NCBI GenBank assembly: GCA_002269645.1 | Contig: NIVC01000042.1 | Location: 558,001-622,000, forward strand | Direction of reading: 5' to 3' | Length of the DNA: 64,000 nucleotides | From: Macrostomum lignano | Lineage: Eukaryota | In this document: positions 52,573 through 64,000 of the stretch, piece after piece | Position numbering within the stretch: the first letter of the stretch is position 1 | Layout: every line of letters starts with the position of its first letter | Translations under genes and position numbers: made by a program | Notes under the pieces: generated by a model | What the model saw: only the letters and a program-made list of their open reading frames with translations | Told to the model about the DNA's origin: nothing | The model's database searches: none

Positions 52573-53402
52573 AAGAGTGAATACCCACGCTAAGTTGATG
52601 GAATGCAGAATATAGGGCATAAACTTACCACTCAAACACAGTCGATGGAACCAATTGTTTGCACTTGTCACAATTTAATGCAGGCTCCTCGTCAGTTACT
52701 GCTCTGACACACGCTGGACAGACGTTTTCTTCGACTTCCATCAGACAATTAGTTAACGAGCTGGATGCTTTAGCTAGCTAGTTGCTTTTTAGATGCAGAG
52801 AAGATATTAAGTCGATATTCTTGAGTGATAAAGAGTAAATTATATAGTGCGCAGACGGGTAGCTATATGGGTCTTGCGTTTAATTGCTTCTGTACAAGTA
52901 TGGATATGGGACGCATGCGCAATATCCATATATGTAATGTGATGGCGTTTTAACCAATAAGGTATATCACAGAATTTCGATTGCGTAGAAAGTAAGCAAT
53001 TCCGATTGACCACATCCGTTCAGATTACCTAGCATAACTTACTGTTGGTTCTGTGATTCATGGATTTAGCGGTTAGCAACCAGTAATTGTGATGTAAAGA
53101 GTGCCAACAAGAGCACAGCAATTTTCTTAATATAGTATAATTATCACCTTCACTTTAACTGTGTTGCTGAGTGAACGAATAAGTGTGATTCATTTACTAA
53201 ATGTAGAAGATCAAGTTTTGGATGACTTTACATTTATACACATGTACGTGTTTATGTTGAGATGGTCACGAGCCACGACCATCATAAGTTTACAGTACAC
53301 GCACAGGACAGTTGTCAATAAGCGCCAAAATTAATTACAAGATAAATTTCAAGCCAACTCACACATACTCGTAATCTATAGCTACTCTGTGAGGCGCACA
53401 TA

Positions 53403-53643
53403 CAGTAGCGGATCTAAAATTTCATTTGGGGGCCGAAAGGGGGGAAGCGTCGGTCCAAGTTTTGGGCGCCAACATGAGTATGAGGGGCGCTAATTTATTT
53501 TAAGCTAGGGGTGCAAAAATGCGTGTAGGAGGCGAAAAATCTAGTTTAAATGGTGCTCAATTAGTTTTTGGGTTAATAAGTTTTTAGGTTTTAGGAGGCT
53601 CAATAAGTTCTATCAAGCTCTATCCGCGGGTCCGCCCCTATTG
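53403..53643. mobile_element. Possible MITE nested in the MULE (CAGTAGCGGATCT..GGGTCCGCCCCTA ends)
   Basis: Imperfect terminal inverted motif; similar start to 16480. Confidence 0.4.
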
Positions 53644-54344
53644 GCGCCCCAATTGCCTTAGTCCCTGAATTAGCACATAACATATGTACAGTCATAAGCT
53701 ACGCTATAGGTATACAGTTGTTTTCTAAACTCGTTCAATGGCTTTTAAGACGTACATGTACATGTACATCTACAATACATGTACATGTAGATGTAGTACA
53801 AAAAATCTAATCATCAATTGTCGTTGACTTGAGTTGAAAAATTAAAAGTATGGATAAAATAAAATGCGCGCTTATAAGTAAAATATGCCTCGAAACGCAC
53901 TCAAACAAAATGATAATTGATAGCATACGAACCATCATACTTTAATAAGTTTAGTGACAGCCATGCGAGTATTTTAATATTTAACAACGAAAAATAGTAA
54001 TTGACCACTGGTGTCACCGAAACGTCCCAAGTTGTCACCGAAGTTGTTGTCACCGAATTGACCTGGGACCGCTAAAAGGCATAACATCCATTTGTACAGT
54101 TCAAACAATGTAATGATTATAGTCTAGGATGTTTTCCTTAGCAAATGAGATTTGTTGGTATACATTAATAAGATAAGGCTTAGAAAACACTTTGGCACTA
54201 TGAAGATAGTGCCAGGTAAAGCACTGGATATGTGGCACTAGATGATGATCAGTTGTGGGTGATCTTCAAGTTAAGCTCCTGGTAGTGACTCTTCCTCTTC
54301 CTCTCCCTGCCTTTTATCCATTTCCCAGCCTCTCAAGCTGCTAT

Positions 54345-54856
54345 AGCACCCTCTCAAACACCCTCCCAAACACCCTCTCGAACATCCTCTCGAACATCCT
54401 CTCAAACACCCTCCCAAAAATTCTTTCGAACACCCTCCCGAAAATCCCCTCAAACACCCTTCCGAACATCCTCTCGAACACCCTCCCGAACAACCTCTCA
54501 AACACCCAAACACCCTCTCGAACATCCTCTCGAACATCCTCTCGAACACCCTCCCGAAAATCCTCTCAAACACCCTCCCGAACATCTTCTCAAACACCCT
54601 CCCGAACATCCTCTCGAACACCCTCCTGAACATCCTCTCGAACACCCTCCCGAAAATCCTCTCAAACACCCTCCCGAACATCTTCTCAAACACCCTCCCG
54701 AACATCCTCTCGAACACCCTCCTGAACATCCTCTCAAACACCCTCCCAAAAAGAAAATCCTCTTAAACACCCTCCCGAACATCCTCTCGAACACCCTCCC
54801 GAACATCCTCTTGAACACCCTCCCGAACATCCTCTCAAACACCCTCCCGAACACCA
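54345..54856. repeat. 12 bp minisatellite (AACACCCTCCCG / AACATCCTCTCG)
   Basis: About 42 tandem units. Confidence 0.93.
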
Positions 54857-54861
54857 TCCAG

Positions 54862-55125
54862 CAGAGCGCCATCTTGTCCGTCCTGGCCCTGGTGTTCACT
54901 AAATGGTGCTTCTCAGCTGTTGAGCCGGCGCCTACAGGCGGCAGTCTGCATCCGCTGCCCCGCCAGGCCGCCCTGCTCGCTGGCTACGCCGCCTCGGCTC
55001 TGACCAGGCGCTGCGGTGCCCAGGCGTTCGCGACTAAATGGCGGGCCACTTTGGCCACGGATCAGCTGGACCAGATTGGCGCCGCTTTTAGTAGGCTGTT
55101 CCCTGAGGCCGACTCCGGCCGCTGA
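54862..55125 (+). pseudogene. NAXD: Isolated terminal exon resembling NAD(P)HX dehydratase (NAXD/CARKD) C-terminus
   Basis: QSAILSVLALVFTKW..AGYAASALTRRCGAQAF..RATLATDQLDQIGAAFSRLF resembles recalled NAXD QGDLLSG..HW..AAFGACSLTRQC..QAF..RSTTTSDMIAEVGAAFSKLF; CCAG acceptor at 54861; no upstream NAXD exons found in the window. Confidence 0.6.
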
Positions 55126-55144
55126 GCCGCCTGAAGCGCTTTGG

Positions 55145-55335
55145 AGAATGCACTGGGAATGTGCTTTGCTTGCTGAATGTGTTGGAAACTTCTTAAGGAT
55201 TCACCGGGAGTGTAACTGGGAATGTTTTGGGAATGTGCTGAGGATGTTTTGGGAATGTACTGGGGATGTGTTGGGAATGTACTTGGAATGTTTTGCGAAT
55301 ATCCTGGGGATGTGCTGGGAATGTACTGGGTATGC
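55145..55335. repeat. Degenerate 12 bp G-rich repeat (GGGAATGTRCTG / GGATGTTTT)
   Basis: About 12-15 imperfect units. Confidence 0.7.
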
Positions 55336-55789
55336 GTTTAAGTGTGTGCTTGAGACGCTCAAATAATGTTATGAATGGGTTAATGGTAATGCATATAAGT
55401 TGTTAATATACAAAATATATACTAAATATAATAAACTATTATATAGTAAACTAATATAAACTAAACTAATAGTGAACTAATAGTTACTAATAATATGTCA
55501 TATGAGTTTTGGTCCTCACAGTTGGCTTTTAAAGGCACTGAATTAATGTTTTTATAGAGAACTTAAGAACAAACAAACTATTATATAGGACGTATTATAA
55601 GTGTGCAATATTGTATTTGGTACATTACCAAACTTTGACTAGGTGATAGATTAGTACTCAATAATCTTAATTGTTGTTTTAGCTTTCACTGATAAACACG
55701 TCACTTAGTTATTTATGTTTCAATGATAAACTTCTATTATTAAGTATACAATGGTTTAAAATGAAATAACAAATTGAGATATTATGTTA

Positions 55790-57295
55790 TCCAATATTAT
55801 AATCCCCTATCCAGATCCCCACTCCAAGATTCTAATCCCCAATCCAGATCCCTATCTCCAATATTATAATCTCCAATCCAGATCCCCATCTCCAAGATTC
55901 TAATCCCCAATCCAGATCCCTATCTCCAATTACCAATATTATAATCTCCAATCCAGATCCCCATCTCCAAGATTCTAATCCCCAATCCAGATCCCTATCT
56001 CCAATTACCAATGGCTTATTCCATATAAGCATGGTCGTAACATGACAGGTTATTTTACTTATAAAATGAAATCTAATAATAGAATATACTAAACCAATAT
56101 TTTAAATGAAAGATTATTTTGTCTAGAATATATTTATAGAGTTTCATATAGATATCATCATTAGTATAGATGCTATTAAACCTTAAATGACACTTATGGT
56201 TGTAACGACAGGATTTTTGACATATAGAAACTAAAAGGTAAAAGTCTTATAACATTTTTCATTTTTTGATATTTTGCAATACATTTTTAAAATTTGACTA
56301 AGAACATCTTTAGAAATCATACTCTTTTATTAGAATATATAAACTCAAAAGGCAACAAAGATACAAAAGAAAAGGCAGCCTTATGGTCGTAACATTATGG
56401 TCGTAACATATTTTTTTCTGTCAATTCAGTAACTTTGAGGTACTAATACATTAAAAATATAATAGATTATTTGGTCACCAATGCTTTTATCTGATGATGC
56501 AAGTACTATACTTTTATCTATAGTTTGTTTCAACCTTCAAAAGCTTTCTATTTGTTTTTAAAAGGTACAAAATCTTAATGATGTCTTTTGCTTCGAAAAA
56601 TGTCCAAATTTTTACAAAAATGACTTTTTGCCAATTGATAACATACTAATCCAACATTTTACCATTCCTTTATTCTTAGATTGTATATATTGCACAATAT
56701 AAACATTTGGTAAAAAAATAGGCTAATTAGGCAATGGCAAGCAAAAATATTGACTTTTTTCTATTTTCCAAATATGTCCATCTTATATGGAATGAGCGAT
56801 ATTATAATCTCCAATCCAGATCCCCATCTCCAAGATTCTAATCCCCAATCCAGATCCCCATCTCCAATATTTTAATCCTCAATCCAGATCCCCATCTCCA
56901 AGATTCTAATCCCCAATCCAGATCCCCATCTCCAATATTTTAATCCTCAATCCAGATCCACATCTCCAATATTATAATCTCCAATCCAGATCCCCATCTC
57001 CAAGATTCTAATCCCCAATCCAGATCCCCATCTCCAATATTTTAATCCTCAATCCAGATCCACATCTCCAATATTATAATCTCCAATCCAGATCCCCATC
57101 TCCAAGATTCTAATCCCCAATCCAGATCCCTATCTTCAATATTATAATCCCCAATCCAGATCCCCATCTCCAATATTTTAATCCTCAATCCAGATCCACA
57201 TCTCCAATATTATAATCCCCTATATAGATCCCCATCTCCAATATTATAATCCCCTATCCAGATCCCTATCTCCAGTATTATAATCCCCTATATAT
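55790..57295. repeat. About 34 bp minisatellite (CCAATCCAGATCCCCATCTCCAA[GATTCT/TATTAT]AATC) split by a MITE insertion
   Basis: Arrays at 55790-56012 and 56799-57295 continue in register across the insertion. Confidence 0.92.
56013..56798. mobile_element. 786 bp MITE-like insertion within the minisatellite
   Basis: TIR GGCTTATTCCATATAAGCATGG vs reverse complement CGCTCATTCCATATAAGATGG; apparent AT duplication; internal TATGGTCGTAAC repeats. Confidence 0.75.
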
Positions 57296-57428
57296 CCTTA
57301 AACCATCTAGATCCCAAGATCTTAACTAATCCCTCTATAAAAATGGCTTCCTTGCGTTTATTTCTACCCAGTGGTGATCTTCATCTACAATAAATCATAT
57401 TGCATGCGTGTCTCCAGAACAGCCCAGC

Positions 57429-59040
57429 ATGCAGTCATCATCATCTGACAGCTATGCCCAGTTAGATGACAACCCAATCCGGTTCCAGCCGGTCTCCGAG
57501 CAGACAAACGTATTCTATGACGCTGTGCAGAGTCACCTGTTCACCGTAGAGAAGGCCGACTCAAATAGTTTATTAGTCCGAGTTCAAACTTGTCAATCAT
57601 CTTCACTGTTGGATTCTACAAAAGCGTTTAGTTTCCGATTGAAGGATTGCGGCGAAGTGAAATCTATGAAATTCTCGGCCGACTGTCGGATTCTGGCGGT
57701 GCAGCGGTCGTCAACGGCTGTGGAATTTGTCAACTTCGCGACAGCCGGAGGGGCGGCTGACACTGTGGAGTACTCGCAGACCTGCAAGACCAAGGCCGCC
57801 CAGATACTGGGATTCCAATGGACTCAAGCCGCCAATCACGAGGTGCTCTACGTTACCGACTGCGGGCTAGAACTGTTCAGCGTGACGCCTGAGAAAAGGT
57901 GAGATAAAGCGTGTTATGATATCAATCAGGACTAGATCCCTAGATCCCTAATCAATCGAGACTAGATCCCTAATCAACCGGGACTAGATCCCTAATCAAT
58001 CAGGACTAGATCCCTAATCAATCAGGACTAGATACCTAATTCCATCAGGACTAGACCCCTAATCAATCAGGACTAGATCCCTAATCAATCAGGACTAGAT
58101 CCCTAATCAACCGGGACTAGATCCCTAATCAACCGGGACTAGATCCCTAATCAACCGGGACTAGATCCCTAATCAACCGGGACTAGATCCATAATCAATC
58201 GGGACTAGATCCCTAATCAACCGGGACTAGATCCATAATCAATCGGGACTAGATCCCTAATCAATCGGGCCTAGATCCCTAATCAATCGGGACTAGATAC
58301 CTGGATCCCTAATCAATCGGGACTAGATACCTAATCAATCGGGACTAGATACCTGGATCCCTAATCAATCGGGACTAGATACCTGGATCCCTAATCAATC
58401 GGGACTAGATACCTAGATCCCTAATCAATCGGGACTAGATACCTGGATCCCTAATCAATCGGGACTAGATACCTAGATCCCTAATTAATCGGGACTAGAT
58501 CTCTAATCAATCGGGACTAGATCTCTAATCAATCGGGACTAGATACCTAGATCCCTAATTCCATCAGGACTAGATCCCTAATAAATCAGGACTAGATCCC
58601 CAATCAATCAATTGGCCTATCCCATTTCTCCAACCAGATCGCTCCGTCTGGTGAAGAGCGCCGCCCAGCAGTGCAATTGGTACGCGTGGCACCATGCGGC
58701 CGGCACAGCAGCCCTGAGCAGCGGCCCGCTCTCCAACCAGTTCAGCATGTTCAAAATCGGCCAGTCCAGTTTAGTTAAGACGCCCCGCTTCGAGGTTGAC
58801 CTGCCGCACGCGCCTTCGTCGTCGTTGGCTTCGTCCAATGCGGCCGGCGGCGGCAGCGTCGGCATCGGCGGTCGGCAGCCGCTGCGCGAACGGGACGTCT
58901 TCCTGGCCGAGCTGTACGGCCAGCTGTACCTGGGGGTGCTCAAGCACTATGTGAAACCGGGTGGCGGCTCCGCCACCGAGATTGCACTCTACCAGCAGGT
59001 GGGTTGTGTCTGTGTGTCTGTCTGTGTGTCAGTCTTGGTA

Positions 59041-59078
<38 letters not shown>

Positions 59079-59284
59079 AGTCTTGGTGTCTGTCTGTCTG
59101 TCAGTCTTGGTGTCTGTCTGTCTGTCAGTCTTTCTGTCTGTCTGTCAGTCTTGGTATCTGTCTGTCTGTCTGTCTGTCTCTCTGTCTGTGTGTCTGTCTG
59201 TCTGTCAGTCTTGGTGTCTGTCTGTCTGTCAGTCTTGGTGTCTGTCTGTCTGTCAGTCTTTGTGTCTGTCTGTCAGTCTTGGTA

Positions 59285-59327
<43 letters not shown>

Positions 59328-59568
59328 GTCTGTGTGTCTGTCCGTCCGTCTGTATGTCTGTCTGTCTGTCTGTCTCTCTGTCTGTCTGTCTGTCTGTCTG
59401 TCAGTCTTGGTGTCTGTCTGTCTGTCTGTCAGTCTTGGTGTCTGTCTGTCTGTCTGTCAGTCTTGGTGTCTGTCTGTCTGTCTGTCTGGCTGTCTGTCTG
59501 TCTGTCTGTCTGTCTTTCTGTCTGTCTGTCTGGCTGTCTGGCTGTCTGTCTGTCTGTCTGTATGTCTT

Positions 59569-59607
<39 letters not shown>

Positions 59608-59610
59608 TAG

Positions 59611-59643
<33 letters not shown>

Positions 59644-59646
59644 TAG

Positions 59647-59695
<49 letters not shown>

Positions 59696-59710
59696 TAGTG
59701 TCTGTCTTAG

Positions 59711-59755
<45 letters not shown>

Positions 59756-59758
59756 TAG

Positions 59759-59790
<32 letters not shown>

Positions 59791-62107
59791 ATTTCCCGCT
59801 TTATCTCTCCACCGCAGCCGTCCAGCGATTCGGCCGGCAATCCGCGCAAGTCGGACCTGCTGGTGCTGCAGCAGGGCGGCCGCCTAGCCGTTAGCATTGT
59901 GGACAATCTGGTGCTGGTGCATCATCAGCGATTGCAGCGGAGTTTCGCATTTGACATCGCTCTGCCAGCGGAGACTGACGGCTACTTGCGCTACCACCAG
60001 CCAGTGACTGTTGAAGCAATGCCGCTGGCTTGGTCTCAACCGCAGCGGCAACAGCAGAAGCAGCTTCCTCGCGCGGTCAGAATGGCCAACTACTTTCTTG
60101 GCTTTATGATGCCTTGTATACTACTTATTTGATTAGATTAAACTTCTTTGCTTTAAACATTCATTTGATCAACCTCGCATGCATTAATTAGTCGAGATTA
60201 TTATGCAAGCTGATCATTAGGCATGCACTTTCCTGGTGATCATTACATCCAACCACCTGATCATTAGACATCCAACCACCTGATCATTAGACATCCAACC
60301 ACCTGATCATTAGACATCCAAGCACCTGATCATTAGGCATCCAACCACCTGATCATTAGGCATCCAACCACCTGATCATTAGACATCCAACCACCTGATC
60401 ATTAGACATCCAACCACCTGATCATTAGACATCCAACCACCTGATCATTAGACATCCAACCACATGATCATTAGACATCCAACCACCTGATCATTTGGCA
60501 TCGAACCACCTGATCATTAGACATCCAACCACCTGATCATTAGACATCCAACCACCTGATCATTTGGCATCCAACCACCTGATCATTAGACATCCAACCA
60601 CCTGATCATTAGACATCCAACCACCTGATCATTAGACATTCAACCACCTGATCATTTGGCATCGAACCACCTGATCATTAGACATCCAACCACCTGATCA
60701 TTAGACATCCAACCACCTGATCATTTGGCATCCAACCACCTGATCATTAGACATCCAACCACCTGATCATTTGGCATCCAACCTCCTGATCATTAGACAT
60801 CCAACCACCTGATCATTAGACATCCAACCACCTGATCATTAGACATCCAACCACCTGATCATTAGACATCCAACCACCTGATCATTAGACATCCAACCAC
60901 CTGATCATTAGACATCCAACCACCTGATCATTTGGCATCCAACCACCTGATCATTAGACATCCAACCACCTGATCATTAGACATCCAACCACCTGATCAT
61001 TAGACATCCAACCACCTGATCATTAGACATCCAACCACCTGATCATTAGACATCCAACCACCTGATCATTAGACATCCAACCACCTGATCATTAGACATC
61101 CAACCACCTGATCATTAGACATCCAACCACCTGATCATTAGACATCCAACCACCTGATCATTAGACATCCAACCACCTGATCATTAGACATCCAACCACC
61201 TGATCATTAGACATCCAACCACCTGATCATTAGACATCCAACCACCTGATCATTAGACATCCAACCACCTGATCATTAGACATCCAACCACCTGATCATT
61301 AGACATCCAACCACCTGATCGTTAGTAAATACTTAGGCACCCAACCACCAAATCAGAAATTTTCTGCTCTGAATTCTGCAGGGCTCTCAACAGCAGCAGC
61401 AGCCGCAAGATGCAGCCGCAACTCAGCTGTACAGCCAATCGTGGATCTTCTTCCTGCCAGACGTGATCGTGGACGCCCAAGCCGGCCTGCTCTGGCGAAT
61501 TCGAATCCGACCCGACCGCCTCTCCGCCCTGATGTTCCCAATGGATCCGGGCCGCTGCCTGCACTGCCTTCACCTGCGGGCCAATGCTAAAATTGACACG
61601 GCCAACGCTCTGCGTCGATTGATGCTGCTGCTCACGTCTGCGGAACCGCCCGCTGCCGCCGATGCCATCGCCGCTGCTTCCGTTACCACCTGCCTTCCGG
61701 TGCTGGCCTACGCGCTGGACCTCCTGGCAGCTCAGGAGTCTCCCCAGCCGGGTCCGCTGCCGTCGCCGCCGCCGCCTCCACCGCCGTCTCCGTTCGACTT
61801 TGCTGCCAACGAATCGCCGTCGGCTTATTCGTCACTGTCTGGCATGGCCAGCTTCAGTCAGCAGCAGCAGCAGCTGCTTAGCCTGCCGGCTAGAGCTCCA
61901 GATCCGCTGACTCAGTCGGATTTGTATGTTCACCTGCTGGCTGAAGGCCCCGCCACCGAGGCCGAGTATAAGGCTCAGGTGTGCTCTCGGAACTGACTGA
62001 CTGACTGACTGACTGACTGACTGACTGACTGTCTGACTGACTGACTGACTGACTCACTGACTGACTGACTGACTGACTGACTGACTGACTGACTGACTGA
62101 CTGACTG

Positions 62108-62196
<89 letters not shown>

Positions 62197-62198
62197 GC

Positions 62199-62275
<77 letters not shown>

Positions 62276-62905
62276 GAACTAAATGAATAACTAACTAACG
62301 AACTGACTAAGTAACTATCTAGCCAACTAACTAACTAACCAACCAACCAACCAAACGACTCCCCTCAGGTATTCGTGATACTAGAATTTGTTCGGGCCCT
62401 AAACGATCGCAACGTACCAGTGCAGCACTTTCTATTCGAAACCCTAGTCCGGGCTCTAGTCACTACCGGTCGATTCGGCGAGCTGCACCAGCTGATCCAG
62501 TATCACGTGATCTCGGACAGCAAGCCAATAGCCTGTCTGCTGCTGTCCCTGCAGAGCCTGTACCCGCCGGCTCACCAGCTAGCTCTGGACATGATGAAGC
62601 GTCTCGGCTCGGCTAACGAAGAGATTCTGGAGGTGCTGCTGTCCCAGGGTCGGGTTCTGTCAGCGGTGAAGTTTCTACGCTCGGTGGGCAAATTCGACTC
62701 AGTTGCTGCGCACAAACTGCTGGAGGTGGCGTTCGAGAGCGGCGACTGGCGCCAGTTCTACTCGGTGTTCCGGGCGCTGGAACAGCGCAATGCCCGACTG
62801 AGGGGCAGCGCCGCCTTCCAGCCTGCGGATCATTGCCAGCGATATGTGGCCGAGTTTGCTGGCCGGTTTGGCCAGACCGCGTTAGGACAGTTGAGGGCTC
62901 TGTGA
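57429..62905 (+). CDS. RMC1: Regulator of MON1-CCZ1 complex (C18orf8/Mic1), 740 aa; exons 57429-57898, 58638-58998, 59818-60075, 61382-61978, 62369-62905
   Basis: N-terminal [30 protein letters not shown]; [10 protein letters not shown]; [10 protein letters not shown]; Mic1 C-terminus [33 protein letters not shown]; all GT-AG phases match; 2223 nt. Confidence 0.93.
57920..58610. repeat. 22-31 bp minisatellite (GACTAGATCCCTAATCAAYCRG) in RMC1 intron 1
   Basis: About 28 tandem units. Confidence 0.95.
59005..59788. repeat. Compound (TCTG)n with CAGTCTTGGTG / CTTAGTG interruptions in RMC1 intron 2
   Basis: Direct inspection. Confidence 0.96.
60235..61320. repeat. 23 bp minisatellite (CATCCAACCACCTGATCATTAGA) in RMC1 intron 3
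   Basis: About 47 highly homogeneous units. Confidence 0.97.
61992..62350. repeat. Compound (CTGA)n-(CTAA)n-(CCAA)n microsatellite in RMC1 intron 4
   Basis: Switch from CTGA to CTAA near 62110. Confidence 0.96.
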
Positions 62906-63526
62906 TACACGGGATAGTATGTATGGTTTGTGTGATATAATTTAGGATTAACTCTAGTATAGTGAGGGGATCCCATTAAAAACGCTACCTTGACAAGAAT
63001 CGCGAAAGAAGAATCATACGAAAAAATCAATAGTGACTCTAGCGACTCTTTTTTTGACTTTTTAACAACTCAAAACGGCTGCAATGCGACGGAGAGGCGA
63101 GTGTTGAGTCACGAGCGCATCACGTGAATTGCAGAATCGAAACATAGTCGCAAAAAACTCCCCCAAGAGTCGTGTTAGCGTTTTATAACTTTCTATTGCT
63201 CGAGTAGATTAAATAGGAGTCACAGACAGTAAAACGCCTCAAATTGACTCTATGTGGATTAGCTGTATTTCAATCGGGATTATTTTTAATTTGCTCATCT
63301 GTGATAATCTGTTTATTCAGTCAGTAATGTAAAGGAAAATGGGAGTACGGCTTAATTTGAGTTGAATACTAAACAGACAAACAGAAGCACGAGTAAGTGG
63401 AGCTTATGGCCCAAACGGGTATATTTATGTCAATAGACTGGGAGGGGGTTGAGTGCCAGCCAGATAAGACGAGGGGTGGAGTGCGCGACTAAGGAAAGAG
63501 GCGAGATTTAAGAGCCAATCAGAATG

Positions 63527-63537
<11 letters not shown>

Positions 63538-63567
<30 letters not shown>
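63538..63567. repeat. (GA)n microsatellite
   Basis: About 15 units. Confidence 0.9.
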
Positions 63568-63569
<2 letters not shown>

Positions 63570-64000
63570 GAATAACAAGATTGAACTGGGCCGAGAGGGA
63601 GAGAAAACAGAGACGAGTGCAGAGTAACCGAAGCAATGACTAAGAAAGTTGCAACAAGTAATGAAATCCAAGTCCCACCAAGTACCAACTACCGTTTAAC
63701 AGTAGAACTACCAAGAGGGGGGGGGGGAAATTCCCCCCCCCCGACAATTTTTTTGCTGCTGATGAAAAATCACGCTCAGGTGTCCTTACTCCCCTGGTGC
63801 CACCTGTTGAAGGTGCCGACGGCGTCTGGGTGATGGCTAAATGCTTAGGAGACTAGCTGAAGGTGTCCGGCAGTTGAGGCTTGTCTACTGTCGAGGCTTG
63901 ATCGGCGAAACTAGAGAAATTCGCATCAAGGTGTTCATAGTCACCTGGTGTAATCTGTTGAAGGAGCTGACGGCGTCGGGATGATGACGGAATGCTTGAG

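Larger units (their letters stand above)
51072..54070 (-). mobile_element. Internally deleted FLYWCH-type Mutator-like element (MULE)
   Basis: TIRs of about 250 / 210 bp starting GGTCCCAGGTCAATTCGGTGACAA, with internal TTCGGTGACAA repeats; 8-9 bp TSD GCTAAAAG(G). Minus-strand FLYWCH-like segment (SSRGSVLVVSSKGYSY..YYRC..C.ATL) abuts a C-terminal [14 protein letters not shown] segment. Confidence 0.9.

Noticed and set aside
54255-54899. NTLPNIL / MFGRVFER ORFs
   Set aside because: Translations of the 12 bp minisatellite on both strands
24844-62905. COMMD5 and RMC1 as a functional endosomal-trafficking cluster
   Set aside because: 24 kb apart with unrelated genes between; two genes are not evidence of clustering without synteny data

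Overview
Repeat-rich animal (invertebrate) genomic DNA with GC-rich spliced genes. The style suggests a free-living flatworm such as Macrostomum (inference only, not verified). Frame-consistent GT-AG gene models could be built by hand for: an SLC22-like MFS transporter (+, 2 exons); MYRF (-, 6 exons, 1192 aa); COMMD5 (+, 5 exons, 215 aa; only fragments appear in the ORF track; head-to-head with MYRF); two tandem Fic-domain proteins that are not FICD/HYPE (-); and RMC1/C18orf8 (+, 5 exons, 740 aa). There is also an apparently orphan NAXD-like terminal exon. Mobile DNA: a full-length Mag-type Ty3/Gypsy LTR element with an intact ORF inside a COMMD5 intron; a complete but frameshifted DD34D mariner; Merlin, Harbinger, FLYWCH-MULE and LINE relics; and several MITE/foldback elements, some with TSDs. 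Roughly a quarter of the window is micro/minisatellite, which accounts for almost all of the long low-complexity ORFs. Main leads: the Fic pair, reciprocal CpG decay in transposon termini, and a 4.4 kb G-quadruplex-competent satellite. No tRNA, rRNA or CRISPR array is supported.
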